Assembly: GCA_951406725.2 (NCBI GenBank)
Contig: OX597818.1
Coordinates: 36,952,001-37,016,000, forward strand
Origin: Octopus vulgaris
Lineage: Eukaryota
Reading direction: 5' to 3'
Length of the DNA stretch: 64,000 nt
This document shows, piece after piece, positions 40,549 to 56,230 of this stretch (position 1 is the stretch's first letter; each line of letters starts with the position of its first letter). The notes under the pieces were generated by a model, which was given only the letters and a program-made list of their open reading frames with translations, did not search any database and was not told the DNA's origin. The position numbers and the translations under genes were made by a program.

Positions 40549-41666
40549 TGCTCTCCAAACATACTCTCTATACTGGATTGAGTACAGAATCGAATCAGTA
40601 GTCTAGTTGGTAATGAGCTTGGCTCATTATTCCAACAAATTTCTTATCGACGGAATGTTGTAAGTCTGCTGGTTTTCCGCTGTAATTTCCAAGATGTTCT
40701 GATTACCTTCATTTCTTGGTCATTTCGGGTTACCAAATTTAGTGAACTGCATCCATCCTATTTGAATATCTAACAGACTAACAGTAAGTTTCATACGCCA
40801 TTTTTTCGGTTTTTTTTTTCATTTGTTTTTTGTTGTTTTTTTTTGTTTTTTTATATTTTGTTTTGTTTTTTGCGCAGACCAGCTAAATTGTAGAGTAAAC
40901 TCTATCTCCTTTGTTTTCATGCAGAATATTTGATCTTTATAAATTCAGGGTTAATAAGTACCTTACCTAATGTTGGCACTCTAAGTCATTTTAATATTTC
41001 CATCGATTCTTTTGTCGCCATCTCATTTTATTTCATTTTATCAGCTCTCATATCGTTACCTCATTTACTATATTTTATTGCCCTCAGTTCTATTATCATC
41101 TCATCGTATTTCATTTAAATCTTTCATCAATTATTTTACTGCCACTTTTATATCCTATCTGTGTTTGAATGTATATATATATATATATATATATATATCA
41201 AGAGAGGGTTTTTTTTTCCGAAGCATTAATATCTCTTCTTTCTACTAACCTTAAAAGTGGCCTATTGACCTTGCTTGGGTGATTTTAAGAGATTACGTCC
41301 TTAATTTCATTATTACACTTCAAAACAAGTCCGTCAAATAGCAATATGTTGTTTAACTCAGAGACGGCCTTGATTGAGCAAACGTATTCCACTGACTACC
41401 ATGTTTATTCATTCCCCCCGCCCTTTTAAAAACAGTTGTGCGTGGTTTAAGAGAGATTTCATTGCTATTTCTAGCTAGTCTAGTGATCACGTACAAGCTT
41501 CCTCATTAACTAGTCAATTAAGGATATATTTGTGAAATGTAGTGAAATTATTATCCCATTCAAATACATTTCGACTAATAAAAAGAAATTCCAAAAGTTA
41601 GTTCTCAGACAATCAAAACATATACATAAATTATATACGAAACACACACACACATACATACATACA

Positions 41667-41717
<51 letters not shown>

Positions 41718-42136
41718 GTCTATGAGAACTACTTAATACACTTTTCGATGTGTACAGGTGATTTTTTAAAAATTATATTTAAAAAATCTTTTTTGATGAT
41801 GTCACTAACATTTTGGGGGAAGACGTTTATATATATATATATATATATATAATTGAACAGGTATATGAACAACTAATGAGAAGCGCTCGGTTTTTGCATT
41901 CACATCTTAATGAAGGGCGATTTTCACTCTAATTGAGCAATACTTTCAATGTTTTAATATCTATGTTTAGTTAGGTTTAATCTCTGAGGGTTGATGATGT
42001 GTTTAGCAACACAGATTTTTCTGCACACACTAGTTTGATTTCATTCTTGGTGGTTGTCTCTCGATTGTACAAATGTACTTTCTTAACTAATCATCTAGAT
42101 TTTCTTTAATTTCGTCCCATCACCATAATATTAAAA

Positions 42137-42350
42137 CGGCGACCTGGTAAAACCGTTTGTACGCTGGGCAAAATGTCTAAGCGGCATTTCATCCACTGTT
42201 ACGTACTGAATTTATATTCCGCCAAGGTAGACTTTACCTTTCATCCTTTCGGGGTCTATAACGTAAATACCAGTTGAGCTCAAGGGTCAATGTAATCGAC
42301 TTAGTCCTTCAGCCTAAATTGCTGGTCTTGTGCCAAAATTTGAAACCTTT
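42137..42350 (+). mobile_element. Degenerate SINE family M
   Basis: cctttcatcctttcggggtc domain. Confidence 0.7.
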
Positions 42351-42525
42351 ATTAGCGAAGCTTGTAACAAACATAATTCGTTAACGTATCACATTCAATT
42401 CCACGTTCTGTTTCGATTCCTTACATTTCCTTTGAGAAAAACGAATAACCATTTTGATACGGAATCTCACTAGAGATCGAGTGTTTAGTAGCTTATATTA
42501 ATGTTTCTGTACATTAAAGTACATA

Positions 42526-42776
42526 TGGCGGCGAGCTGGCTATATGGCGGCGAGCTAGCAGAAACGTTAGCACGCCGGGCGAAATGCGTAGCCGTATTTC
42601 GTCTGTCGTTACGTTCCGAGTTCAAATTCCTCCGAGGTCGACTTTGCCTTTCATCCTTCCGGGGTCGATAAATTAAGTACCAGTTACGCACTGGGGTTGA
42701 AGTAATCGACTTAATCCCTTTGTCTGTCCTTGTTTGTCCCCTCTGTGTTTAGCCCCTTGTGGGTAGTAAAGAAATA
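42526..42776 (+). mobile_element. SINE family M with duplicated 5' end and long TSD
   Basis: atatggcggcgagct occurs twice; tatattaatgtttctg(t)acatta at 42494-42516 and 42777-42798. Confidence 0.9.
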
Positions 42777-42825
42777 TATATTAATGTTTCTGACATTATT
42801 GTGTTCTTATACCCAAAATGCTGTC

Positions 42826-42974
42826 CTTTAGTCGACCCCAGGACTTCTTCTTTGTAAGGCTAGTACTTATTCTATCGGACTCTTTTATCGAACCGCTAAG
42901 TTACGGGGTTGTAAACACACCAGCGTCGGCTGTCAAGCGATGTTGGGGGTACAAACACACACACACAAATATAT

Positions 42975-43035
<61 letters not shown>

Positions 43036-43217
43036 CACACATATATACATATACACGACGGGCTTCTTTCAGTTTCCGTCTACCAAATTCATCACAAGGC
43101 TTTGGTCAGCCTGAGGCTATAGTAGAAGACACTTGCCCAAGGCACCATGCAGAGGCACTGAACCCGTAACCATGTGGTTGGTAAGCAAGCTACTTAACAC
43201 AGAGCCACTCCTACCCC
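42826..43217 (-). mobile_element. SINE family A, tail truncated
   Basis: Reverse complement of the 25641 copy. Confidence 0.88.
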
Positions 43218-43308
43218 TACGTGTATAGGTATATTTGTATATGCATGTATGTGCATATGTGAGTGTGTATCTGCAGATGTGGGGCTCCATGTATGCAATG
43301 TGTGTGTG

Positions 43309-43309
<1 letters not shown>

Positions 43310-43371
<62 letters not shown>

Positions 43372-43373
43372 AA
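43310..43373. repeat. (GAAA)n microsatellite
   Basis: Direct inspection. Confidence 0.95.
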
Positions 43374-43688
43374 CTGTGGGAGTGTGTGCGTATCTGTATG
43401 TACATAATTCAAGTTGCTACAAATTATGAGGCAGTATCTTCTCCCAATCAGTAAAAGCGAACAGCAAGAAATAAACTCCTGAAAGCTCAGCCCATTATCG
43501 ATCTAGCTATCTATCTCTCTGTTTGTGTATATATATGTATATATATATCAGAAATCTGTGAGTTCAATGCCCTATATCTATATATAGTCTGTGTCTATAT
43601 ATATAGATAGGTTGTTGAACTTAGACAGAAATTTGGGAAAACGCACACGCACACATATTTATTTACGTATATATACATATATACATAC

Positions 43689-43730
<42 letters not shown>

Positions 43731-43742
43731 GTGTATGTGTGT

Positions 43743-43790
<48 letters not shown>

Positions 43791-44274
43791 ATGTATGTAT
43801 GTATGTATGTATCTATCTATTTATGATGGATGTATGAACTAATATTGATATAACTGTGTTTGAAAAGACTTTCCGTAATTATATGTTGCTTCCACTTTAT
43901 ACATATACACAGGGTACTTATTCGATCGATCTTTTTTACCGGGCCGTTAAGTTGCGTTTACGTAAACACAGCAGAATATGACTGTCAAGCAGTAGGGGGT
44001 GGGGGACAAATGGAGAGATATAGGCACATACATACACACACACAAACACACACATAAACATACACATGCACAATTTAAGCTGCACAAACATTGTGCTGTC
44101 TATTTGGCAACATCTTTGTAAATTCACATTTCTCCGTATTCTTCTGAAGCTAGGCCTTTGCTTCCGAAATGCAAAAGTCATTTTTACTTTTCTGCATTGT
44201 TAGAAGCTCTTCTTATTTCTCATTTCATTCCGTGTTCCACCTGTGTCTGTGTGTACATACATACATACATACAT

Positions 44275-44588
44275 GTGGAGGCACATGGCCTAGTGGTTAG
44301 AGAAGAGGACTCGCGGTCGAGGGATCGCGGGTTCGAAATCTCAGACCGGGCGATGTGTGCGTTTATGAGCGAAACACCTAAGCTCCACGTGGGGTCCGGC
44401 AGAAGGTAATGGCGAAACTTCTGCTGACTCTTTCGCCACAACTTTCTCTCACTCTTTCCTCCTGCATCTTGCAGCTCTCCTGCGACGGACCGGCGTCCCG
44501 TCCAGGTGGAGAACCTATACGCTAAGGAAACCGGGAAACCGGCCCTAATGAGCCAGGCATGGCTCGAGAAGGAACAAACAAACAAACA
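44275..44588 (+). mobile_element. tRNA-derived SINE, third family, with (AAAC)n tail
   Basis: A box TGGCCTAGTGG, B box GGTTCGAAATC; tail module shared with the 1148 family. Confidence 0.88.
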
Positions 44589-44785
44589 TGCATGCATGCA
44601 TGCATACATACATACATACATGCATGCATGCATATATACATACATGCATATATACATACATGCATACATGCATGCATACATACATGAATACATATATACA
44701 TGCATACATACATGCATACATATATACATGCATACATACATACATGCATACATACATGCATACATACATACATACGTACGTACGT

Positions 44786-45220
44786 ACATAATGATATGGG
44801 ACAGAGAAAAGAAATTGTGTACAGTTGTAGAAATTAGCTGCCCAGCAGATGTTAATATAAAGCTGAAGATCAGTGAAAAAGTGAACATCTATGCTGAACT
44901 ATTGAGAAATCTGCAGTTACTCTATCTAGATTACAAGTTTAGGTTTATACTAGTAATTGTTAGGGCCCTGGGATATGTAACACATTGCCTAAATACCAAT
45001 CTTGAAAAATTAGGCTTCTCAAAACTAGAAAGGACTAGATATGCAACTATATGCATGAGAATACATACATAAAACATACAAATCTGTACATATACATGCA
45101 TACATACATATCCTGTTGATGATGTTGAAATTCCAATAAAGGAGCCTTGAATCTAGGTTAGAAACCGGCTCTTTCTCTATTGGCAAGATATCTTGAAATG
45201 AAGCTGAACAACGACATACA
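44786..45220 (+). mobile_element. RLE-type (R4-like) LINE 3' end in a (CATA)n array
   Basis: IMIWDREKKLCTVVEISCPAD..SEKVNIY..VIVRALG, followed by a 3' UTR repeated elsewhere in the window. Confidence 0.82.
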
Positions 45221-45377
45221 GATTAGAAGCGCTAAGTAGTGAGTGATGTGTACAAATTATAATCTTGTTCTTAATTCGAATATGCATGTGGCATATTCGA
45301 ACCCGTAGGAAACCCTCCCACTGTATTTTGTCATGGCGGAAACATTTTCGCTGTAGGCAGATAGCTGTAAATATATA

Positions 45378-45835
45378 TTGGGTCATCCCATAAATAATGC
45401 GGTTTTTTTTTTTTTTCAATTGCATGAACTAAAAGTCGGAGGGGAACGGGATAAACTACCTGCATCAACCTGATATAAAAACAGGTAGTAATTTTACATT
45501 GTATTTATTTTCAGTGCAAGTTTTGAAGAATACTGTCCGATTTTAACAGTTATTTTTTCAAAGCTATAATGGAAGTGACAAAGGAGCATATTCGGCATAT
45601 TTTGCTTTATGAGTTCAATAAAGGCAACAATGCAACATAAAGTGCGTGGAATATTAGTGCATTATATGGGGATCGGATAATAAGCGTAAGCCAGTGTCAA
45701 CGGTGGTTCCAGAAATTCCGATCCGATAACTACAGCCTAGAAGACGAGCTTCGTCCTGGAAAATCTGTAGAGCTTGACGAGGACATCCTGCAAATCCTGC
45801 ACAGCACTAAACCAACTTTCTAGCGCAATCATCTA
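45378..45835 (+). mobile_element. Mariner 5' fragment (left TIR plus helix-turn-helix domain)
   Basis: TA|ttgggtcatcccataaataatgcgg; ATG at 45569 gives MEVTKEHIRHILLYEFNKGNNAT*...QRWFQKFRSDNYSLEDELRPGK. Confidence 0.85.
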
Positions 45836-46343
45836 TGAAACCAGTGGCACGGCAGGGGTTTATAAGACCAAAACCCAACTGCACTTCAGGTTTTTGGTTG
45901 GTTGTTTGTTTGATTTTTGTCTTGTTTTTTTTTTGTATTTTATGCGTTTACCTTCTCGAAGAAGGAAGTTCTGATGAGAACAAGGAATCTCGAACCCTTC
46001 ACTCACAATGATTCATGTGGGAGTTAACCCATAACTGTGACCGTAACAGGTGCTACAACTCTGGCTCAGAGTAGACATGGGGGCAATAGTAGCTAAGTAG
46101 TGGTTCCGCATTCTTTAAAACTCTGGAACTTCCGAACCAGTCCCTCCACGGATGCAATTTAATCATACCCAGGACACAGGATATATATACACATATATAC
46201 ATACATACGTACGTACGTACATACATACATACATACATACATACATACATACATACATACATACATACATACATACATACATACATACATACATACATAC
46301 ATACATACATACATACATACATACATGCATACATACATACATA

Positions 46344-46466
46344 CAAGCAAAAACACCCTGTTGCTGAGGTTCAAATTCTATTGAAGGAGCCTTGGATCTA
46401 AGTTAAAAACAGGTTCTTTCTCTATTGGCAAGAAATCTTGAAATAAACTAAATAATGACATACATA
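46344..46466 (+). mobile_element. 3' UTR-only copy of the (CATA)n-associated LINE
   Basis: Matches 45111-45220 and follows the (CATA)n array at 46198-46343. Confidence 0.75.
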
Positions 46467-47093
46467 CACACACACACACACAAAATATATATATACGTCT
46501 GTATATATGTATGTATATCTATGCATCTATATACACATATACACGTATTATATATATATATATATATATAAATATATGTATATGTATATATAATACATAT
46601 ATGCATGTATATTTGTGTATATGTGCATATGTATTTATATATGCATATGTACGTGTATGCATATACATGTATCTATATACATGTATGTATGTATGAACGT
46701 GTGTATGTATGTTTGTATGTAGGTAAGTACACATGTATTGGGTCAGGGTCCGTAAACGGACCAGACATGTATATATATAAGAATGCTTTGCAAGTGTACA
46801 CGCCTGTGCGAGATTGCCTTTATATGCGGTGTGCATATATGTGTACTCCTGTGCATACACTTATAAATTTTGAAACTCCTTTTCTATTCTGACAAGCTAA
46901 TCTAGCTATATCATTCGATATCAGTTTATGCATTTGAAGTTTCTACGCCTCTTTCCTTCTTTTCTCTTCTTATCCCCGTCGACTCCTTCATCTTCTTCCA
47001 TTTTTCACCTCCTCTCCTTTTTTTTTTCTCTTTCATTTACAACTTTCTCCTCCTCTTCCGTTTCTTCCTTCCCGCATCCTTTGCAATATATAT

Positions 47094-47158
<65 letters not shown>

Positions 47159-47307
47159 CGTATATATATATATATATATATGTATGTATATATATCTGTA
47201 TATATGTATGTATATGTATATATGTATAAATACATACATGTATATATACATATATATATGTATATATATGTATACATATATGTATACATACATACATGTA
47301 TATATAC

Positions 47308-47402
<95 letters not shown>

Positions 47403-48088
47403 TTGTTACTGCTGTTCTTATCGCTCTACATGGACTTCGCCGCACTGCGTACGACTGACTGGTCAAATCAATAGGCTGTGGCTGTCTGCCTGACTATCTG
47501 GCGGGCGGGCTGGCTGGTTTACTGGCTGACTGTCTGCCGACATACTCGTTCACGTGCTCACCCACATTAGATATGGATATATAAGTGTGGTGTAGGGACT
47601 ATGCCATGGGCTTGGGTCGGAGTTGAGGACATGCAGTACGGCTGGGGAGATTAAAATCATTATAATGCTATATAATGCCTTCTGATATCTGTTTTTCATG
47701 GTTGTTCTTTTTTTTAATTTTTCTTTTCAAATAATCTGTAACTTCTTGCGTTTTAATTTCAAATTCTGTTTTGATCGAGCATCAACTTTTATCCCACTCT
47801 TGGTAACATGATATAAGTTTCAGAGGAGCAAGTAAGATAAATAGGGGTCGACTCCATCGGTTAAATAACTACGCCCTTAAATAACTGCTTCTTTCCTTGA
47901 AAGAAAAGGAAAATAGTGTCTAGATGCTGTGCCAAAGTTAGAAATCAATACTTTGGTATAGTTAAATATACATGTGTATATGTGCATATATCATACATTA
48001 GTCTGTGCGAGAACGTCCGTGTGTTTGTATACATGCATACATATATATATATATATATATATGCATATATGCATACATATATATATAC

Positions 48089-48119
<31 letters not shown>

Positions 48120-48199
48120 TGTATGTATGTATGTATTATGTATGTATGTATGTATGTATAGATTGAGGAGATAATTATAATCCTGGCTATCGGAACAAT

Positions 48200-48274
<75 letters not shown>

Positions 48275-48413
48275 GTTTAGGCAAAGGATTACACACAACT
48301 ATTTGTAGAGGCAATGTTTATTATACTTTTACGGTCCGATGAAGGTTAACTGGCCAAAATTTCAAGACACTGTCACCAATCTTTTTTGCAAAATATATGT
48401 CTGTGTGTGTGTG

Positions 48414-48465
<52 letters not shown>

Positions 48466-48495
48466 TATATACACCGACGCACACACACAACATAG

Positions 48496-48538
<43 letters not shown>

Positions 48539-49908
48539 GCACGAAATGAGAAGTAGATAGACAGCTGGCAACTGATGAAGGGTCCTTTCTCTGTGTTTAC
48601 TTGTCCTGTTTTCAATTTTTTTCTCGTTGTTTACATATGTAACTCGTTTCTTTGCGTATTTCTTGTTATTGCACCGTTGATGATGCCCTGTATCCATATA
48701 TGCATGTATATATATATATATATATATATATACTATTTAATTGAACGCGACGCATCCATTTCCAAGTAAATTTATATATATATATATATAAATAAATGAA
48801 TAAGGATAAGATCGATATTTAAAATACTGTTCATATCAGATCGCCCGCATGGGAATATAAACTTTCAAAAGTAATAGTTATTTAAAATTATAATCTAGGT
48901 TATCTAAGAGATATCCTAATTATATATACATACATACATACATACATACATACATACATACATACATACATACATACATACATGTGTTTATGAATATTTC
49001 TTCAACATTGTTTTGAAAGTGTATTTTTTTAGCATATTATTTTAGTCTTATGGATCTATGCGAAAGTGGAGCATTATGTTATACGGGGCAATATATTATA
49101 CAATGCACACGTTTAAAAAAGAATTGAAAAAATGTTTATGATCTCATATTCCACATATTCTACCTCCATAAAACACACTTTAAAATTTCTACATATTAAT
49201 CACGGTCCCCAGAGACCGATGAACCTGTAAAAAAATATACTGATCAACAACCTTTACACCTACCCACCTACCTACTACTTGTGAACATCGAAGCACAAGA
49301 TAAACAAATTTCTAAGCTAACAACACCATGACATACCCCATTATTAACATCCACCTTCCAAATACATACAAGAAATACTGTAAATAACAACAACAGCAAT
49401 AACAACAAATAAAGAAACTGCTCTGCTATACGTTCTTTTGTGACCCTTTAAAAAATTCCGTTAAAAATGCTGACGCACAAATTTACTAAGTTTTTAGATA
49501 CTAATCTAAACTTTGAATCATTGACCATTTTGTTGTCAAAGCAAAGGATTCAATCCAATAAAACTGAAAACCGCTACAACTATTGACACATATGGCGATC
49601 AAAATCTTCTTATGCCTGCCTACATCCTTTTTGTGAACCTCTGAAAAACAAAGCCACCCCATGACCTGAAGCGAGCACATCTAAATATACACACTTGTTT
49701 ATAAAGTTCTACATGCATAAATAAATTCTGAACAATAAAATGACCCCAAACCTAATCAATAAAAATTTCTCCAAAACACCTTACCACCCCCACAAAAATC
49801 CACATACACAAGGAAGAGCTTAACTCATCAGAGACTATATGAAGCGAAGATTAACTTCAGTACATTGCAGTCCGGTGGTGGCTGTGCTGGTCGAAGCTTC
49901 AGAGTTGC

Positions 49909-50441
<533 letters not shown>

Positions 50442-50624
50442 TAAAAACCATGGGTAAATTACTTTTTTACCCCTACTCATATATAATTCTCAATTGCGAG
50501 ATTGCCATGCAATAACTAGCGCTTGACTATGATTAATTGGGTACACTGCCAGCAGTATATCGTATAGGCACTATCCCTGAGTTGGTTTCTCAACCTCTAA
50601 CTCACACAGAAATAAATATATATA

Positions 50625-51136
50625 TATGATGAGTTAGGTGGCCAGATGTGAGGGGTGATGTGGTTGTAGAAACTTCTCTGAAAGCCATGACTGGCTTCTC
50701 TTGCTTGTGTGGGATGGTGTAGAGTCCTGTTGCCGGACATAGGGTCTTCCAGGGCAGCGCTACCTCCTCCCGCCACTCGATATACACTACTGTGTTGAGT
50801 GTGAAGCCGTGTGGGAAGATGAATGGAGGCATAACGTCGCCATCACTACTGAACACTCGAAACACCATGTTGACAGGGTGTTTGATTCTTATCACTCTCA
50901 GTACACGTCCTCAGATTGTAGTCCTCAGATTGACACCCAGACACTCTGAAATGTTCGTATTGGAGCTTCCAGCGCAAACGCCAAGTTGTACAGCATGTCG
51001 TTTCCAAATTTCTGACAGACTGAATTGCGTCATGGTGCCCAACTGACCCTACTATACTGTGTAGTCGACAAAATCAAAAACAAACAATGCGCAAATTAAA
51101 AATACCAAATAATGACAATTTACCCATCGCATCCTG
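50625..51136 (-). mobile_element. maT/DD37D-like mariner relic with internal deletion
   Basis: TA|caggatgcgatgggtaaattg terminus; KHPVNMVFRVFSSDGDVMPPFIFPHG and frameshifted PYVRQQDSTPSHTS...HIWPPNS; third D not retained. Confidence 0.75.
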
Positions 51137-51158
51137 TATATATGTAAGTATGTATGTA

Positions 51159-51202
<44 letters not shown>

Positions 51203-51429
51203 TTGAAAGTCATAACATGCCGGCGGGAAATAACATCATTAGGTGAGACAAGCTGACACTGAATCAGCTTCGCTGACTGACAGGTCATGGTCGTTTAGAA
51301 AATGCGCGGGCTAAGACTACGCACCTTCACTAGTCAGAGAGATACGTAAATTCCCAATCTAAACTGTCCGATGAACGGGAACATGAAATTGAGTAGCAGA
51401 TTTTTGTGATATTGTTGTGATGATATATA

Positions 51430-51631
51430 TATCGCCTTGATAGATCGCTAGCCACTCTACATTCCTTATTTTCTCTCCTTGTTTCTTTCTGTGTTCCTTT
51501 TTGTGGAAGAGCGTAGGCTCAAAACGTTAAAGACTTTTTCACTTCCCGAGCGTTAAACTAATACATATGTTTGTTGTCTACACCACCTGTCTTCGTCTTT
51601 TGCATTTGTTTGTGAATTCTCACCAATTTTT
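51430..51631 (+). mobile_element. Hammerhead-like element family B, degenerate
   Basis: gaagagcgtaggctcaaaacgttaaag; body matches the 22660 copy. Confidence 0.7.
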
Positions 51632-51766
51632 ATATATGTGTGTGTGTAGATATATATATGTATGTATATGTATATACATATGTATGTATATATACATATA
51701 TATATATACACATCTATACATATATATAAATGCATGTATGTACAGATGTATGTATGCATGTATGTT

Positions 51767-51800
<34 letters not shown>

Positions 51801-52062
51801 TGTATGCATGTATGTATGTATGTATGTATGTGTGTGTGTAGTGCTAAAATTATAAGTAACACGAAGACAATTTAAAAAGAAATTTTATTAGTTTTATGCT
51901 CAGGAAAAATAGACAAGGAAAAGAAAAAGGAAAGAGAAAAGAACAATAGTGTTTCAATTAGACGGCCACTGCATGCTGAATATACATACATACATACATA
52001 CATACATACATACATACATACATACATACATACATACATACACACACACATATACACACATT

Positions 52063-52175
52063 CAAAAATACTCTGTTGTTGAAATTCCAATGAAGTACCC
52101 TTGGATCTAGGTTACGAAACGGTTCTTTCTCTATAGGCAAGAAATCATGAAATAAACTGAATAATGGACATATGT
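52063..52175 (+). mobile_element. 3' UTR-only copy of the (CATA)n-associated LINE
   Basis: gttgaaattccaatgaag...ttggatctaggtta. Confidence 0.72.
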
Positions 52176-52186
52176 ACATATATACA

Positions 52187-52228
<42 letters not shown>

Positions 52229-52379
52229 TCAATTTAGGGTAGCAAAAAAATTCAATAGAAATTTATCGCTACCAGTTTTTAAATTTTCACCTAATTTCTG
52301 AATTACTACTACTTGGCGGTGTGAGTTATGGCTGCTCTTTCTGGTGGACGAATGGCCTGTTAAGGTCACTCCTAAATTG

Positions 52380-52473
<94 letters not shown>

Positions 52474-52520
52474 GTATGTATATATATATATGTTTATATA
52501 CATATATATATATATATGTA

Positions 52521-52570
<50 letters not shown>

Positions 52571-52975
52571 GCCGCAGGAGTGACTGAGTGGTAAGTAGCG
52601 TGCTAACCAACCACATGGTTCCGGGTTCAGTCCCACTGCGTGGCATCTTGGGCAAGTGTCTTCTGCTATAGCCCCGCGCCGACCAATGCCTTGTGAGTGG
52701 ATTTGGTAGATGGAAACTGAAAGAAGCCTGTCGTATATATGTATATATATACATGTGTGTATGTGTGTGTGTTTGTGTGTCTGTGTTTGTCCCCCTAGCA
52801 TTGCTTGACAACCGATACTGGTGTGTTTACGTCCCCGTCACTTAGCGGTTCGTCAAAAGAGACCGATAGAATAAGTACTGGGCTTACAAAGAATAAGTCC
52901 CGGGGTCGAGTTGCTCGACTAAAGGCGGTGCTCCAGCATGGCCACAGTCAAATGACTGAAACAAGTAAAAGAGAA
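52571..52975 (+). mobile_element. SINE family A, full length
   Basis: Near-identical to 25641-26053. Confidence 0.92.
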
Positions 52976-53001
52976 AGATATATATATATATATATATATT
53001 A

Positions 53002-53065
<64 letters not shown>

Positions 53066-53130
53066 TTCTTTATTTCAGCCCAGAGTTGCGGCCATGCTGA
53101 TGCACCGGAAGTAATATATATATATAGGTA

Positions 53131-53846
53131 TTTTTTTTTTTATTTATCTAGTTTCAGCTCACAAGCTGTGGTCATGCTGGGGCACCGCCATTTGGTGTTG
53201 CTACATGATTTTACTTCACCAATGCTTTTTAGCAATTGCCATTTGGTGCATGAGAGAGTTCGATGCAGCTGCTCTCATCTGCACCTCCTGCCGTGAAGTT
53301 GGTTCATCTGGGATACCTGACAGTTTCGTTTTAAAGACATCTGCATCCACCCCATGCAGGTCTCTTAGGTTCTTCGGGAGGATATTGAAGAGCTGTGGGC
53401 CTCGGAAGCCCAGGCTATCACAGTATCTTGTCCTACATCTTGATGGCAAATTTGGAGTCCTTGGCACTATGCAGTGGCGCCCAGTTTTGGCATTTGTGTA
53501 ACTCTCGATGCCAATGTTTGGGACAAGTCCTTCTAGGATTTTCCAGATGTATATTATGGCATATCTTTCTCGCCTACGCTCTAAGGAAGAGAGTCTCAAT
53601 CTCTTGAGTCTTTCCCAATAGCTTATATGCTGCACAGAGGCTATCTTCTTCGTGTAGCTTCGTTGGATCGCCTCAAGTTCTGTGATTAACTTGACACTGG
53701 ATGGTGACCATAGCTGAGAGCAATAGTCAAAGTGGCTTAGGACAAGTGTCCTCCAGAGGACCATCATGGTTTCCTGGTCTCTTGTTCTGAAGGTTCTAAG
53801 AATCCATCCGGTCAGCCGCCTACATTTCATTGCCAATTTAGCAATA
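53131..53846 (-). mobile_element. CR1-clade LINE 3' fragment (RT C-terminus plus tail)
   Basis: ORF 53216-53836: [14 protein letters not shown]-like [45 protein letters not shown]. Confidence 0.92.
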
Positions 53847-54028
53847 CATATATATATTTATTTATATATGTATCTATACATATATATATTTATATATATG
53901 TATCTATACATATATATATGTATATATATATATCTATATATATGTACGTATATATATATCTATATATATGTACGTATATATATATCTATATATATGTACG
54001 TATATATATCTATATATATATATGTACG

Positions 54029-54067
<39 letters not shown>

Positions 54068-54070
54068 GTG

Positions 54071-54104
<34 letters not shown>

Positions 54105-54332
54105 CATATATATATATGTGTGTGTGTGCATATATATATCTATATATGTATGTATATATATATATATATGTATGTATATATATATATATCTATATATGTA
54201 TCTATATATATCTATATATGTATGTATATATATATCTATATATGTATATATATATCTATATATGTATGTATATATATATCTATATATGTATGTATATATA
54301 TATATATCTATATATGAATGTATATATATATC

Positions 54333-54363
<31 letters not shown>

Positions 54364-54481
54364 GATATGTATATATATATATATATATATGAATGTATAT
54401 ATATATCTATATATGTATGTATATATATCTATATGTATGTATATATATATATATCTATATATGTATATATGTATACATATA

Positions 54482-54539
<58 letters not shown>

Positions 54540-54745
54540 GTTAATCCAAACAAGAAAACACAAAAAAAAACAACAACGCGAGGACGTGGAACAAATATAG
54601 TATTATTGGACGCTCAGGAAAGAAGGAAAGAAGGAGGGTTTAACGTTTCGAGCGGAGCTCTTCGTCGGAAACATAGGAGAAGGAAAGATCCAGAGAAGAG
54701 AAGACAGAGGAAAAAAAGTCGCCAACGGTACACACGAGGTCACAT
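54540..54745 (-). mobile_element. Hammerhead element family A (CCGACGA variant)
   Basis: Motif at 54672-54638 with stem I gttt/aaac. Confidence 0.8.
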
Positions 54746-54986
54746 TCGGACTAAATATTTGCATTTCTTGGTTAGCGTCAATATAGTTATGACTTTGACT
54801 AAGAGCTTCTCATGAGAAAGCAGCTATTAAATCCTGCCACATGCTTGGTATATACTGCTCTATTATTGCAAAACTTAAATGAATATAATTGACATTGTAT
54901 ATGTACAGCTTAGGAACAAATCCAGAGAGGAGAGGACAGCGTGCTGTGACCAGCGGTGTGAAATGGACGGTCAAAGTGATCAAAGT

Positions 54987-55031
<45 letters not shown>

Positions 55032-55127
55032 GCATATACACATACATATATATTTCCATATATACAAAATATGCACGTCTTTACAACTTACATACATATG
55101 AATACGTACACATATATATATATATAT

Positions 55128-55440
55128 TTCACCGTGATCACCGTAACCGACTAGGCTGTCAGATGTTGCTACACATCGCTGGTCACAATGCGCTTCGCAT
55201 TGTTTTAGCCTTCAAATGACGCCAGCCCGCTGGCTAAGTGAGCAGGCCAACAGAAAGAAGAATGAGAGAAAGTTATGGCGAAAGAGTACAGCAGGGATAA
55301 CCACCACCCACTGCCGGAGCCTTGTGGAGCTTTTTAGGTGTTTTCGCTCAATAAACACTCACAACGCCCGATCTGGAAATCGAAACCACGATCCTACGAC
55401 CGCGAGTCCGCCGCCCTAATCACTGAGCCATTGCGCCTCC
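55128..55440 (-). mobile_element. tRNA-derived SINE sharing head and body with the 44275 family but with a different tail
   Basis: Minus strand ggaggcgcaatggctcagtg...ggactcgcggtcg...ggtttcgatttcc; tail ends cggtgatcacggtga. Confidence 0.85.
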
Positions 55441-55479
55441 TCACACACACACATACATACACACACACACATATATCTA

Positions 55480-55513
<34 letters not shown>

Positions 55514-55515
<2 letters not shown>

Positions 55516-55723
55516 TAATCCAAACAAGAAAACACAAAAAAGAAACACAACAACGCGAGGACGTGGAACAAATACAGTATTATTGGACGCTCAGGAAAGA
55601 AGGGAAGAAGGAGGGTTTAACGTTTCGAGCGGAGATCTTCGTCGGAAACATAGGAGAAAGAAAGATCTAGAGAAGGGAAAACAGAGGGGAAAAAATCGTC
55701 AACGGTACACACGAGGTCACATT
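55514..55723 (-). mobile_element. Hammerhead element family A
   Basis: Motif at 55649-55615, CCGACGA core and one stem II mismatch. Confidence 0.8.
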
Positions 55724-55725
55724 TT

Positions 55726-55938
55726 GAGGGGTGTTGGAACGTCTCTGGCTTTGGGTAAAAAAGTACAGGAGGATCAGTTAATTATTATTTTATTCAACTT
55801 ATTCCCCTCTCAGATTCACAGACTTATTGCAGCGGTCTTTCAGTTTTCTACGCCTTGTAAAAGAACTCGAAAGGTTAGGTCTCTAACCAGTCCTTTCTAG
55901 ACAACCTTAAACCCAGGAACTTTTCAGCGCTTTCTCGT
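55726..55938. mobile_element. Degenerate mariner-type MITE
   Basis: Imperfect TIRs gaggggtgttggaacgtctctggcttt / aaacccaggaacttttcagcgctttctcg. Confidence 0.5.
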
Positions 55939-55948
55939 GTATATATGC

Positions 55949-56224
<276 letters not shown>

Positions 56225-56230
56225 TGTTAT

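Noticed and set aside
48575-48690. CTGATGAAGGG hammerhead start
   Set aside because: No downstream stem II and GAAA, so not counted as a ribozyme
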